A DNA stretch of 63,811 nucleotides, counting the filler, from Phoronis australis (Eukaryota; Animalia; Phoronida): the NCBI GenBank assembly GCA_002633005.1. It is 5 parts of 5 records of this genome, joined end to end, with 100 filler letters (N's around TTAATTAATTAA, not from the genome) between each part and the next. Parts side by side here need not be neighbours in the genome. Positions count along the whole stretch, not along the records: positions 11,319 to 34,096 come from NMRA01001386.1; positions 34,197 to 59,520 come from NMRA01000477.1; 3 more parts are not named here. One strand, 5' to 3'. The position numbers and the translations under genes were made by a program. The notes beneath the pieces are model-generated. The model saw nothing but the letters and a program-made list of their open reading frames with translations. It was not told the origin of the DNA and made no database searches. Position 1 is the first letter of the stretch; every line of letters starts with the position of its first letter. Below are positions 25,046-38,461 of this stretch, one piece after another.

Positions 25046-27580
25046 TGTGATGTACTGTCTTGCAGTGACATCTATTGAGTAGTTTTAGTATTTGCGATAA
25101 CAGCCCCTCGCGAGAACCTTAAGTCAGTTTTGGAACGCCTCAGTAGTTGCGGATTACGCTTAAACAGAGCGAAGTGCAAGTTCTTGCAGTCCGAGGTGCG
25201 GTACTTGGGCCACCGGATTACGGCCCAAGGGATACGCCCTCATGAGGACAAAGTAGAAAGCGTTCTTCGGTTTCCAGTTCCAAAGGATAAGTGTCAAGTT
25301 GCTTTTGTGGTATGGTGAAGTACTATCACCGGTTTTTGCCGCGTGCTGCAGACGTGTTGGCCCCACTCTACGCGCTGGAAAAGAAGAACGTCCCTTGGAG
25401 ATGGACACAGAAAGAGGAGGACTCTTTCAACGCCGCGAAAGAACTTTCGACGTCGAACACTTTGTTATGTCACTACGCCAAATAAACCGTTACCGATTAC
25501 GATAGATGCTTCTTCATTCTTCGGCTTGGGGGCAGTGTTAGAGCAGCCGGTCGAAAGCGGCGTACAGCCGGTAGTCTAGGCGTCGCGTACACTATCCGCC
25601 GCGGAAAGGAATTACTCCCAGACGGAGAAGGAGGGTTTGGCGGTCGTGGGCCCGGCGTAGAAAAGTTTTCCAAGTACATGTATTCGCTAGGCGTTTCGAG
25701 ATCTTTTCAGATCACAAGCCATTACTTGGACTATTAGGTGAACAGCGTGGAATTCCAGCTTCTGGACTCATCATTCGGTGGTCGCTAGTTTTGGCGGCGT
25801 ATGGCTACAAACTCGTGTATAAACCTGGGTCGAAAGTTGCTAATGCTGACTGTCTGTCTCGATTCCCATTATCTGCTTCAGTGAATTCGGCTGCCGTCGG
25901 AGAGGAAGTGCGTTTGTTGGACCATTTAAAGTATACGCAAGTCTGGCAGCAGTTGATCTGAGGAAGTGGACAGATCGACGGAGATCCACGGCTTCTCTCG
26001 CGCGTTCGTAGACACGTACTGACCGGCTAGACTGATTCAGACGTGGATGAAGACATCAAGCCGTTCCTTTCTCAGAAGGACGAGTTATCAGTGCTCAACG
26101 GCTGCTTGTTCAGTGGGGTGCCAAAGTAGTTGTCCCACCCCCGAAGGTCGCGATGCGGTTATGAAAGAACTGCACCACACACATCCTGGCATAGTGCGAA
26201 TGAAGATGTTAGCGCGTGGATACGTGTGGTGGCCTAACATGGACAGTGAACTTTAAACGAACGTTCATGCGTGTAAAACTTGCCAGTCGGTGCGGAATAT
26301 TCCGAACAAACGTCAACCACTACACCCGTGGGAGTACCCCAATAAACCATGGTCCAGACTGCATAAGTATAGACTGCGTAGGGCCCATGGAAGGTAGAAT
26401 GTTTTTAGTCGTTGTAGATGCGTTTTCGAAATGGATGGACGTTTTTCCTACGTCAAGCTCGTCCTCCGCGGTAACAATTTCGAAGTTGAGAGCATTGTTC
26501 AGTACTGACGCACGGTTTGCCAGACTTGATTGTCTCGGACAACGGGACCTGCTTTACGAGTGAGGAGTTTAAAAAGTTTCTCATGCCTAATGGAATATGA
26601 CACGTCACGGGTGCTCCGTACCATCTCGCCACAAATGGATTGGCGGAACGTGCTGTTCGTGTTTTTAAGGAAGCGATGAAGAAATGTGCCGGGTACCTTG
26701 AGGACAAGTTGTTGCGTTTTTTGTTTGACTACCGTATCAAACCACACTCATCGACAGGAGTTGCTCCTTGTGAGCTATTAAGTGAACCGCAGGCTGGTGT
26801 CCCGTTTTGATAGGTTGTTGCCTGATGTCAACAAGAAGGTCGAAGACGGCATCCAGCGTAGGCAGATGAGGCAGTACAGTGGAGCCAATAAGCTATAGCT
26901 AGGAATACCAACTGGGAGATAGTGTTTACTTTAGAAATTACTCTCAATATGAGCCGCCCACTCTGTTAGGCACCGTGGAAGATATTACTGGCCCGGTGCC
27001 ATGTAGGATTCGCGGTCAGGATGGCCGAGTTTTCAGACGCCATCACAACCAGATGTTTAAAGGTGTGCCCCCCCGGCTTGCGTGGATGTGGTGTTGAACC
27101 GCGGCAGACCCCAAGCTCTGTAGCGTCTTCCGAAATAGGCTCTGTTGCAGAGGTGACCCGGTCAGGGGCTGTGGTTGCTGAAACAAACGGCGCTGTGGAG
27201 AGTGCTAGCCCTGAGGCCCCCCCTCTCCGGCGTTCCGTGCGAGTACGGAAGCCTGTTGATAAACTGAACTTGTAGACACTAAGGAGTTGGAGTAGTTAAC
27301 CAGTTCGTTGACATTTTAATCAGATACTAGTCAGACTTTTGTTGAAGAGACATTAATTGCTACACTTAAAATGGACGTTACTAACGTGGCATACTTTAAC
27401 GGGATGGGGAGGGGTGTGATGTACTGTCTTGCAGTGACATCTATTGAGTACGTAGTTTTAGTATTTGAGATAACAGCCTCTCTTTGGGAAGTCTTCAGTG
27501 AGCAGCCATTTAGTGTTGTATTGTTTTAGTCCGTTCCAAGAAATACATCGCATTTTATCTGAAACATCGGCTATTCTATA
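25046..27580 (+). mobile_element. Decayed, internally deleted Ty3/Gypsy LTR retrotransposon (Mag/K02A2.6-like)
   Basis: LTR start TGTGATGTACTGTCTTGCAG at 25046 and 27415, PPT GGGATGGGGAGGGG at 27401-27414, CCAAG at 25041-25045 and 27581-27585. The 3' end is inferred from the TSD; it ends TA rather than CA. Confidence 0.9.
25110..27275 (+). pseudogene. pol: Frameshifted pol remnant: RT C-terminus, RNase H, integrase
   Basis: GLRLNRAKCKF..EVRYLGH; DASS.GLGAVL; ELHHTHPGIVRMKMLARGYVWWP; FLVVVDAFSKW; SDNG; NGLAERAV; C-terminal LRRSVRVRKPVDKLNL. Many stops and frameshifts. Confidence 0.93.
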
Positions 27581-28607
27581 CCAAGACACGAAAAAATTGA
27601 AGGAAATAAATCTAATTGAAAGTTTATTTGACGGACATACGTGTGACGTATGGACGTACCAAGCGCCAGTGAGTTTTGTCCACCAACACGCGAGATTTTT
27701 ACAAACTTGTACCACATCGGCGCTTCTCTGATGACACGTGGAAAAGTGAAAAGAGACACAACTTGATCAGAAACTGAGATGTCACAACCACAACAAACGC
27801 AACGCCTCGGTATTCTTCATCCATTACACCATATACCACGGGAAACGAGTAGCAACATCTGACGATTTTGCAGCCGGACTAGTCAGCTGATTGACTGGTG
27901 GGTTTTTGTTTGATGACTCTGATACATCTATGTGCGGATCTTATGTTGCTTACCTGTGTAGACTTCATGGACGTGTCTGTTCTACCATGTCCCAAGCTAG
28001 GTTCCAGTCTCCTACTTAGGAGATGGCTTCTGTTACATTATTCACAAAGCCTCAGGTAGGTCAGGCAAAAGCATTATATCGGTTTCAGTCCAACGCAGTG
28101 TCTCATTGTTCATTTCAAATATTATGACATCACAGCATGCACATGTCGGGAATGGTCTTAGTCAAACGTCAATCTCAGCAAAGTTGTTTTTTCGTCTATG
28201 AACTTGGAACGTTCTAAAAGTAAACACCAACTCAGCAACGCGAAACTCATCGATCGGTGATTTACCCGCCACAGGCGATAGGAAAACGTTGATGGCTCAG
28301 CTTGCATCAATGTCTGTGCGCTGCTGAAGTCCTGTTAGAACCCATTGTGTATAGTTCATTCAAAGCTATAGCAGAAAGGGTGCCATTTTTCGATATAAAG
28401 GTTCAAGACCAGATAATTCTCAGGAATGTGCAGTGATATCCACACCAGAAATTCCTGGTGTCACGACGTTGAAATTTAATTCCAGGCACATCATGAGGCG
28501 CTGTGAAGGAATTTACTGTAAAACAACTGTCCCAGCGCCACCTATACGAAATTGTGGCCCTCTGAATAGATCATGAATGGATTTGGACAACAGTTCGAGT
28601 GGCTAAT

Positions 28608-29690
28608 TTTGACGTTATCACTGGCATGGGTCAATGAAAGCCCTTCCAGTGTTTGTACAGTGTCTCAAGGCACCTGTCGGAAAGTACTGTCTATGGGTTC
28701 TTTCTCAAAGATGAAAAACCAACAAGTCATGTCCTTAACTTGCTACGTCCACCAGGAAAAAATGAGATGCCAAAAATTTCCAAAAATGTGCGATTGTGGC
28801 CACTTTTTACCTAAAATTACAAATTCACGGAAAGTATAGCTTATCGTTTTGTTGTTTTGTTTGACGCCTTGTAATCTTCCATGTGCCAAAAATACAAATT
28901 TGTGTGGAATGCCTCGATTTTGTCGGATGGTGGTTGCAGCAACTGCAAGCCACAAAAGCATTTCTCAAAATATGGAGTAGTATTGCCATGCATTTATCAA
29001 CATCAAAACAATCGGAATGTCCGAATGTTACTTCGCTGTGTTAACCAATAAGAATCCATGTTACATGATCAATTCAGGTCTAAGGTCACAGTAGACGGGC
29101 ATACGTAGCTCCTGAAGATCAATAAAGTGAGGTGGGTCGGGTTTGACGGCAGTTTTGTGGACTAGGTGGGAAGTGATTGACACAAATAGTATTCAGGAGT
29201 ACCTGAAGCTGTTTTGAGTAAATTGTATCCAGAAATTTGGCCTGTGCTCTTGTCTACTGGGATACGGAAGTGCCGCCATCAGATTTTGAGAGCAGATCGT
29301 TGTTGAGTTTTGAATTCTTGGCGCGACTCCAGGTAGAGTCTACCCTTCAGTCAGGTGGAAATTGTCAAAAAACTGGTTGATAATGACATATTTTAACATG
29401 AATTTCCGGGATTTAGAGTGAAATAGCAAATTCGGAAACGATCACTTTTCTTGCACCGAGGCAGTCGTAAATTTGTGATTTTAGGTAAAATGTGGCCAAA
29501 ATCGCACGTTTTGGTCATTTTGGCATGTCGATTTTTTACGTTTAATGAAGCAAATAAAAAGATATGGCTTTGTTGATTTTCTTCATTTTTGGGAAACCCC
29601 ATAGAATGTACCTTCTGTCATGCCTTTTTCATGTGTCCGAGAAAGGTGTGCAAACAAGGTCTTTGATTGACCCAGGCCAGTGATAAGGTC
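28608..29690. repeat. Diverged ~220-bp inverted repeat pair (old MITE arms)
   Basis: 28608-28830 matches the reverse complement of 29465-29690, e.g. TTATCACTGGCATGGGTCAAT vs ATTGACCCAGGCCAGTGATAA and TACCTAAAATTACAAATT vs AATTTGTGATTTTAGGTA. Confidence 0.65.
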
Positions 29691-30739
29691 ACAGTCAGCC
29701 ACTGGTACTGTGGACTTGGTCCTAGTGCTAGCTCTCGTGGGACTGGGAAAGGGTGTACTTAGGGAAATGGATCTCACTCTAAATAATTCTTTCGACAAAG
29801 TACCATAATATGGGACTATGAAAGTTGCAACAAACTGCTGATGCCGTGCGCCAGTGACAGGAGACACTGGGTACGAGAATGCAGCCGACGGTCACGTGAA
29901 CGATTGCCAACAGAAATGCAAATTGTGAGAAAATGTATATTTTGTTACAGAATAGTTAACTGTCATTAAAATCATCGTTTTCGGAACAAATCAATTCCGT
30001 GATCAATGTACTGTCGAAAATGTCAATGCCAAATTCTACAGCTATAAATCCTGTCATTGTTTACCGATATGCATATATTTTAAAAGGTTACATGGGCCTC
30101 TGGCCCATGTCACACGTACAATGCCAACTGTTTACAAAAATAGGTCACAAATTACACATGGAATACTATTTACAATACAACAAACCCAGTCACTAGCCAC
30201 GGATAACACTGTAAATATTTCCTGTATAGCAAATCAACTTTTTAAAACTTCAAGCCAACAAGTATCGTACATCAAAACAAAAAAATCCGATAATCTTAAT
30301 AATGAAACAACTAAGCCACGCAAGTATTTGCCAACTATTAGTTGCAATAAGTATTCCAATAGAGCAGCATGTACTATATTTTCCAATACAATGCAACGCA
30401 GCTTCTGTCACTCCGTATCCTTTGATGTCCAAGCCATCACAAATCCCAACCGTAGTTTCAGTGAAACTCGAACTTGTAAAAAGATGTTGCATCCTGAAAC
30501 CTCTCTTACACAAGTTTAACAAATAACGCAGAAGTTGCAAGTCCCTTGAAAGTTAGCCAACTTAAAAACAAACACTGACACCAGAAAACAACAAAATTGG
30601 CTCTGGTCTGCACCCGACTCATTTTTCAAACGTGCCCTTCAAAGTGCTGGGTAAAAAGAAGGATCCTGACACTTTTCAGGTGACATTAACCTTAAAAACT
30701 ACTGTAATTTTAAGACTCTGTACTGTTTTCAACCTTATC

Positions 30740-31140
30740 TTAAGTTTCCGCTTCATAATAGTCTCATTCAAGCGTTTATTCGGTAATGTTGCGGCCATAG
30801 ACTACTGGTGGAAGTGGGTAGGCACTAGAATTATAAGTAGAGTATTATAATAGATTATTATAAATAAATAGATTATGTTTGATTTGCAATGATGGTCTTG
30901 TAAAGGATGAATACCACTTCCTGTTGATTTGCAAGAGATATTATGAACATCCTGTACACGCCTGCTAGCTAATCCAGATGCATTTGTTTTTAAATATGTG
31001 TATTCCGCCCTTAAAAGAAGAGAACAACTTTTAAGTGGGTTGACGCGTGTGCAAATGTGCCTGTGTAATTTTTGTTTACTGTACTTTGGGCCAGAGGCCT
31101 TTAATACAAATAAACATATGATTGATTGATTGATTGATTG
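30740..31140 (+). mobile_element. 3' end of a non-LTR retrotransposon with C-terminal CCHC knuckle and (ATTG)n tail
   Basis: HRLLVEVGRH and CNDGLVKDEYHFLLICKRY in degenerate frames, then AATAAA and ATTG repeats. A related minus-strand relic sharing GGGCCAGAGGCC probably lies at ~30060-30540. Confidence 0.7.
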
Positions 31141-32273
31141 GTAACCTTTTTAAGAACATGAAAAACAAGAAATACCGCGACATCACCTCAGTTAAACAAA
31201 CCACCAGCTCCAGTTATGTCATTTTTGTCTTTATAAAGAGCATGCGCGCACCCAGCCTTTAGTTTGGGGGGCTCGAATTTCTGACCAAGTGGAGCTTTTG
31301 CTAACAAAGAAGCTGGATTACTAAAAAAAGAACGGGGTACCATCTTCAGTACTGTGAACTGTGCGTCTGCGCCTTTTTAGTGGACTTTCGTCTCGTTTCC
31401 CTCGGACTTTTTGTTTCTCTGGGGCGTAACTTTTGGCCCATTTCGCCAAAATGGGGTCTCGTTCGAGCTCCATGAGCCCCCCCCCCCGAGTCATTGTTTG
31501 AACATAATGATTAAAATGTTTTATTCTTTTCGGTGAAATGTATTAACTTGTTAGACGAATGAAAAAGTAAAATGGACTCGTCATGTAATATTCTCACTGA
31601 AATGGACGGTAAATCAGAAATGTGAAATGATGTGGCTTAACATTTGATTAATCCGTCTCTTGAGAGACCCCCACCAATCAAGTTATTGTGAAGGCTGGAC
31701 TTTTCCCCAGTCGCTGCGTCACTGTAGATGTCACGACGTGTAGCGTTTAGCCAGTTGTAAGGACACGCTCTCCCCCTAGAGCCACCTCAATTGAGGAACG
31801 CAAGTGCTATCAAGTGCTTCCATACTTATTTGCCCATCTAGTCAAGTCCTGTCTGTGATTTTCTCTAGTATAACACGCTATTACCATTTCTCAATGTTTA
31901 AATCCTATTAATTTGGGATGCACAAAGTGCGTCACAACCGTTACACCCCGGCGAGGCGGATGTTAAATAAAACGATTAACATGTAAATTCGAGTAAAGGA
32001 CTGTAATTGTTTTATTCGGTCTGCCGATAGATCTGTTCACATTCGCGATAAAATCCATTTCTGATTTCTTTTTTACCTTATTCTAAAAACATGGTAATAC
32101 GCCATACCGTGCTCCGTTTCACGACTTCGACTGTAGTTGACTCAATTTGGAGGTGCCGAGTCAGCTTCTTTTTGTTTATTCGCAATCTAGTCTTGTCAAC
32201 GCAAGGCATGAATGCGACTAGGACATTCCTTTTATGTCGTCCGATAGTTCTTCATCTATAATTTCAGGCTTGC

Positions 32274-32989
32274 TTAACCGTAAATGAATAGCATTAAAGA
32301 TATCACTGCAGTTAACTGCCTTGGAATGGCTGCTGCCGAGGATACCAAAATTGCACATTCGGCGTCCTCAGTTTTCTCTGCAGGCAAGTCATTTAGTTTT
32401 AAACCCCTGGTGAATGTTACATCGATGTCTTCCATAGGAATTACCAAGTGTTTGATGAATGAAGTGTCAGAAGTTACAGCTTCAAATTTAATTGGTGGAT
32501 ACATGTCGAGACCATCTGCAAATGTCCAGAATGCAAGTAATCCACTGAGATGAATTTTAAATTCATTTGCCCTAACTGGAATTAGCGTTCCTGTTAAGAA
32601 TTCGCCCTGTGTAACGCCAAGTTCTTGTGACGTTTCATTCAGAGACACTGTAATATTCCCAAACGTCAAATGCCCATACGTTCCAACATATATTGAAAGA
32701 GGATGCGTTATATTTTCATAAGAATACGCGTAAGCAAAAGTTGGCGGAACTGGAGTGTTAGCAAACCACGAGTCCAAAGAACAAGCGGACGATACGTTCA
32801 GCCAAGGTTCTTTCCCGATCAATAAGTCCGACGCGTAGTAATGAATAGCCAACTTTAGCAGTACGTCATCGCCCATAGCCGTTGGACCATTTGTTGCAGA
32901 GTAAATACCAGCATTTTGCTCTGGGTACAACCACAGTTGTGACGAATAAAGAGACAAAAGGTTTCCACTGTGTGAGAGACGCCTAACGC
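32274..32989 (-). CDS. Terminal exon of a beta-lactamase-fold serine hydrolase (DUF3471-like C-terminal region, hydrophobic GPI-like tail)
   Basis: TTTGCAG| acceptor. RRLSHSGNL...YSSQLWLYPEQNAGIYSATNG (HxG motif region), YVGTYGHLTFGNITV, tail SSAAAIPRQLTAVISLMLFIYG*. Upstream exons lie beyond the spacer. Confidence 0.8.
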
Positions 32990-33324
32990 CTGCAAATAAA
33001 CAAGATGCAGTGAGGTTCTAGCAACATTAAAGACCAGGTTTATGTTTGGAGTTTAATTTTACAGGAAAAGCAACCTGAAACACGACCAACGAAACAATAT
33101 TCTGATTTCTTCTATAGACGTTCTTTCGAAAGTATTCAAAGAATTTCTTTAAAATTATCGTAAGCAGAGCAAAAAATAGAAACCTGTTACATATGTGCGC
33201 CATCTTAACAATAGAGATGTTCAGTTCAGAGTTTCGTTGGTTTATAAATTCAGTACAAAAATGTACAACAGTATTGTATAATTTCGCTTGTTAAATTCTC
33301 TCTTCGACGAGCTTTACCCACTNT

Positions 33325-34000
33325 TTCATTCAGAGACACTGTAATATTCCCAAACGTCAAATGCCCATACGTTCCAACATATATTGAAAGAGGATGCGTA
33401 ATATTTTCATAAGAATACGCATAAGCAAAAGTTGGCGGAACTGGAGTGTTAGCAAACCACGAGTCCAAAGAACAAGCGGACGATACGTTCAGCCAAGGTT
33501 CTTTCCCGATCAATAAGTCCGACGCGTAGTAATGAATAGCCAACTTTAGCAGTACGTCATCGCCCATACCCGTTGGACCATTTGTTGCAGAGTAAATACC
33601 AGCATTTTGCTCTGGGTACAACCACAGTTGTGACGAATAAAGAGACAAAAGGTTTCCACTGTGTGAGAGACGCCTAATGCCTGCAAATAAACAAGATACA
33701 GTGAGGTTCTAGCAACATTAAAGACCAGGTTTATGTTTGGAGTTTAATTTTACAGAAAAAGCAACCTGAAACACGACCAACGAAACAATATTCTGATTTC
33801 TTCTATAGACGTTCTTTCGAAAGTATTCAAAGAATTTCTTTAAAATTATCGTAAGCAGAGCAAAAAATAGAAACTGTTACATATGTGCGCCATCTTAACA
33901 ATAGAGATGTTCAGTTCAGAGTTTCGTTGGTTTATAAATTCAGTACAGAAATGTACAACAGTATTGTATAATTTCGCTTGTTAAATTCTCTCTCATTTAA
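33325..34000 (-). repeat. Near-identical second copy of 32635-33323 (partial exon + intron), likely an allelic/assembly duplicate
   Basis: ~690-bp direct repeat with few substitutions, joined at a single N, and one ~60-bp intronic indel. Confidence 0.85.
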
Positions 34001-34215
34001 TTATTTTTTAAAATTTTTATGTCATAGGTGATTTATTCAAACACGAGTTTCTTCTACGAGCTTTACCCACTGTTTCTATTTTAATATAACTCTCTCNNNN
34101 NNNNNNNNNNNNNNNNNNNNNNNNNNNNNNNNNNNNNNNNTTAATTAATTAANNNNNNNNNNNNNNNNNNNNNNNNNNNNNNNNNNNNNNNNNNNNAAAA
34201 ACTGACTTGGAGTTT

Positions 34216-36616
34216 TCAACAAATGCAATTTTCCATGTCATGTATTGTCGTAGACACGAATACTAGTAGGTGAAGATGTAGACAATATGCTTTCACTGAA
34301 AAAATAATTTCTAGAATACCTTTGAACAAACTGGGCAGTTGCAGGTGTTGCTGATACGGCTTTAGGTTCTGACTCTGTGGACACTTGTCTAGACATTGTT
34401 GAACATCTTTCACTTTGTGCCACTTCATACCTACAGTGCAAAAATGAAATTACAATAACCTAGTTATTAACTACAGGTACAGATGTCAAAGCATACAGGT
34501 GGTACAATTCGCCGTCATAATAACAACCAAACTACATGAATAACCATCACAATAAATGCGAGTGCAATTCATTACTAAATTTCTTGTTGCGAATTGGAAT
34601 TTGTTACCAAAAATTATCCTCAGTTAATGTATTTTTGAATTTTGAAAATTGATCAACGAACGTTTGTGCGTTTACTTTGTTAACCTCTGTAGGGCAGCGA
34701 ACTTTTGATTAATGGGGTTTTAGCAGTGGATTTTCTTCCAGATCTCGCATAATATCTTTGAAGAAGGTAGTCCTCTTGATCTCTGATTATAATACCACTT
34801 AATGTCAATACACATAGGTCTGCAAATAAGGTACAACAAGATAACAAGGCTTCAAATCCATGAGACATGGTTTTGTACCTACTTTGCAAGTACTCAATCT
34901 GGCAAAATGCACAGCTTGCCACTAAAACAGAATTGCTGTCTGAACTGGGCCATAACTGGTGGCACAGGGGGTTCCAGGGGCAGCAAGCAGCCTTTTGGCA
35001 ACTCGTACCTCGCACAAACTAAACCATCAAAGTCATGCTGCCTTAAGTACCTTCATAACATGGACATGGTCACCTTAGGAGGCTGTCGATGTCTTTAATT
35101 CCTTCCAACTTGAACAAATACTTTGGTAATCAAGATTTCTTTGTGATTCGTTTCTTTGTTCATCTACAATATCATTTTGCACAGGTATGAGTGGTACAAC
35201 CCTTGCGGCCAAGTTTCAAGCACTAGTACACTCTCCTGATCACCAGTGTAGTGCTTTAATGGTTGATTTACTCCGTCATGGAGGTCGATCTCAATGTGAT
35301 TTCAAAACGCTATAGCAATGATTCAATCAATACAGAATTGGGCCAGTTTCCCAAAAATGGTCAGCCCATGATTTTGTTACCGTAACGAAGGACAGAAAAT
35401 TGACTCCTAATGCCCGTTCGTATTTGACCGAGCTGGGAAGAGTTTAAGACATTACCATTCCCCTAAGGTATCCCCCTATCTGCAAAAGTTCGTTGCAGCA
35501 ACATGACTTCGATGGTTTAATCAATGTGGCACAATTCGCCAAAAAACTTCCAACTGGTGGAGGGCCTATTGGACAACTGCCATCTCTACTGCAGTTGAGA
35601 CGGTGGTACTATCTCAAAGTAATAATGCTTTGCAATTTCTCTTAGTGTTTCAAGAATTATCAACTGCAAACAACTAAACAAGTCGTCAATATTTAAGTAG
35701 GTCATAGGCTTAGCCACAAGTATAGGCTTAGCCGCTTAGCTAAATGTCAACAGACAATGCAACTCGGTGAATTTTATGTCTGACAGTTTAACTTTCACAC
35801 TCTTCACTTTCTCAGTGAGTTCTCGGACCATTACTTTATTGGATCGAGGTGATTTTAATAAGCTGGGGCCGCGCAATGTCCCGATAACTACCGAAGTATG
35901 CAGGAAACGAACAAGTACTTACCGTACGCATGATCAAGCTATCGTTTGGCCAGCTCGGAATTAGTGACGGATAGCTCACTTCTATAAGAGATTCCCAGCG
36001 GCAGTGCTCTGTACCCAGATAAATGCGTCGTTTATTAACTTTCAGATGCAAGACTTGCCTTCTTTTCTTACTAACTGAGTCGGTAAGCTTAGACGTACGC
36101 CCCATTTTCTTGCCCAGCTTTCCACTGTCCGACATCTTGTCTCGTATTGTCTTGCAAAACTGCGTCAGCGATTATTAGCGCAGCACCGTTCTCTGACATG
36201 TAGTGTAAATGAATAATAGTCCACTGCAGATCAGCATGATCAAATCTCAAGTAATGGTTCAATCACGAAGAATCGTAGAGGTAGGCGCAAAATACACGGC
36301 ACGAGGTATGAAGCACATTGGGGTGGCAAAGTATTCACTCCACAACACTCTTGACACTGAATCAGCTGTTCGATTGTCGAATGACTGAGCGCATGCGCGC
36401 ATTTATAATAAGTGAAAGGAAGATAGGCAGGTATAGGTGGTTACCATACAAGCTTTTCTTCGTACTTCTTTCAAAAACCACGAATTGGGTCATTTTTTTC
36501 TGAAAATTCCTTCTCAAGGGGAAGTGAATAACTTTTTAGTAAAGGTTGAAGGAAGGTACTTTGGTTAGGGATCGTTTAAAACGTATTTTTCACGAGTTTT
36601 CGCGGTCCATGCCACT
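34216..36616 (-). mobile_element. Truncated Kolobok-type element with degenerate spliced ORF
   Basis: Minus-strand terminus TTAA|AGTGGCATGGACC at 36616. First exon ~35922-36135 reads MGRTSKLTDSVSKKRR...NKRRIYLGTEHCRW...NSELAKR*LDHAY|GTAAGT with a stop and frameshift. The other TIR was not seen. Confidence 0.55.
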
Positions 36617-37002
36617 TTAATAGCTTTTGATGTGATGATGTAAGTGAAAAAAGCTCAACAAATCGATGTTACGGGCTTCAAATTCAAAACAAAGAACCGG
36701 TAAAAACAATACAAATAACACATGGAGACTAAGATGTCGGTTTGCTTAGCCACAATGCCACAATATATTTCACGCACCGTTTATTTCCACGTGTTTTGTG
36801 TTGTTTTTGCATTCTGTTGACGTTTCTTCTGGGCTGCAGTACTCTTTTCGTCTTTCCAAGAATAACAGCGTTGATTTCTGTGACGGTAATTGCACGTTGT
36901 ACCAGCCTCCCGTTCAGTAACCCTAGGATTTCGCTAAAAGCAAGACTTCGCGAGATTACGTGAGATATTGCCGTGTATTTTAAATGAGAGCACGTGACTT
37001 TG

Positions 37003-37255
37003 ACTAGGTTTTAGCTAGGTCCTAGCCTAGGTCCTAGCGTCTACCGAACGCACGCCAGACGTGCGCAGGTCGGGCATGCGGGCTCGCTGTACTGATTACC
37101 TGGAACTATTTTTGTGTGTTAATAGTATATTGTTAAAACGGAGGTGAGGAGCCAGAAACTTGACTCAAGGTTCTAGCAGTGTGGCCCAGTGGGACTCGAA
37201 CCCACGACCTCTAGTAAATAAGGCGGGCACCTATCACACTAGGCTAACCTGTCTC
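37003..37255 (-). mobile_element. tRNA-derived SINE
   Basis: A-box-like TAGCCTAGTG and B box GGTTCGAGTCCC, followed by ACCTTGAGTCAAG (CORE-like) and short tail repeats. No clean cloverleaf. Confidence 0.7.
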
Positions 37256-37379
37256 CTCTGCAATTCCGATAAGAGGGTTGGAAAAATATCCGTAGATGCA
37301 TGATGTCAATTTCCTGGCTTTCCCGACATCAATAACAGACGAGAATATGCGGGCGAGTGTATGAAGCAATTCGTAGAGT

Positions 37380-38461
37380 TGATTCTGAATCGAAGTTGCC
37401 TTTAAACTCCGATATTTTTAAACGGTTTAAATGGGCAATACTTGTAGGTATACCTCACGTTCTTTTCGTACATGACCTGCGAAAACATACCACCCATGGT
37501 CAATGGAAATAACACGTAGTCTTACCACCAAAATGAAGGAGAGTTCAGTTGTGAAATCCGGGTTGTCGCTGTTGTCCGATACTTGGTCTCTCGTAAGACA
37601 TCGTATGGGAAGATCCATAATTTGTTCAGCTTCCTGATCAGCAGAACTTGTTTCAAGTGATATTTGCTACCGAAGAATATTGCGCATGTAAACTCATAAG
37701 CTTAAAAACAAATACTCCATAATCTCAGAATTGTTTTTTACTTTCATGTAGCGAAAATTATTTTAAACGTTTAACTCATCAATTTAAAATTGAAATTTGC
37801 AGTGAAATGGTAGTCCTTAAAGTTTACGAATTTGTAACATTTGTAATACGGGCTATATTGATATAGAAACGCGTTTGATGTGGCATTTTGCGGTCCTGGC
37901 AAAATTATAAAAAAGGGTCCATGCCAAGAGTCCACGTTAGAAACAACCGTGTGGGGGGCTGAAGTTTAATCTATTTCTCAGAATAAAATTCGAGATCTTT
38001 TTACCAATTTCTATCCTACATCAGTACAAACTCGAGATGTATGTCTATTTTACTTTAGTCGAATATACTGTGGTCTACGTTTATGCTCCTGCAATTCTGT
38101 AATTTTAAGTTCGATTTCGAGTATAACAATTAGACCCGACCATTTTTTTTTAAACTCTAGGTCACTGAGGTCTTAAAAATCTAAGAAAGGGCAATGCTTT
38201 TCAGAAGGGAAAAAGCACCCTTTGTGTCTAAGTAGGAACGTGTGTGCATATTACTGTGAACTGTGCGCCCATGTCCCCTGATATTCAATGAAATTCAAGT
38301 CCTTTTAAATTGCCACGCGCGAGCCAAAGAAGCGCAGCGCAGCCGTACTGTGAAACGCACAATATTATCAGCTTCCACGACGCACACAACGAATAAACAA
38401 GGCTAAGTAATGTTAGTCCCGTGTTAATGGAAGCAAAGCAAAGTATCAACTTCATCAGAAG
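37380..38461 (+). repeat. Segmental duplication copy A (paralogous to 43120-45302)
   Basis: Colinear high similarity from GATTCTGAATCGAAG to CAACTTCATCAGA. Copy B carries an extra 1.1-kb insertion. Confidence 0.92.

Noticed and set aside
32274-32989. Bacterial contamination or antibiotic-resistance gene
   Set aside because: It has a spliceosomal acceptor, an AT-rich intron and flanking host repeats.
37182-37255. Functional tRNA gene
   Set aside because: A/B boxes are present but acceptor and anticodon stems do not pair, and a SINE-like body follows.
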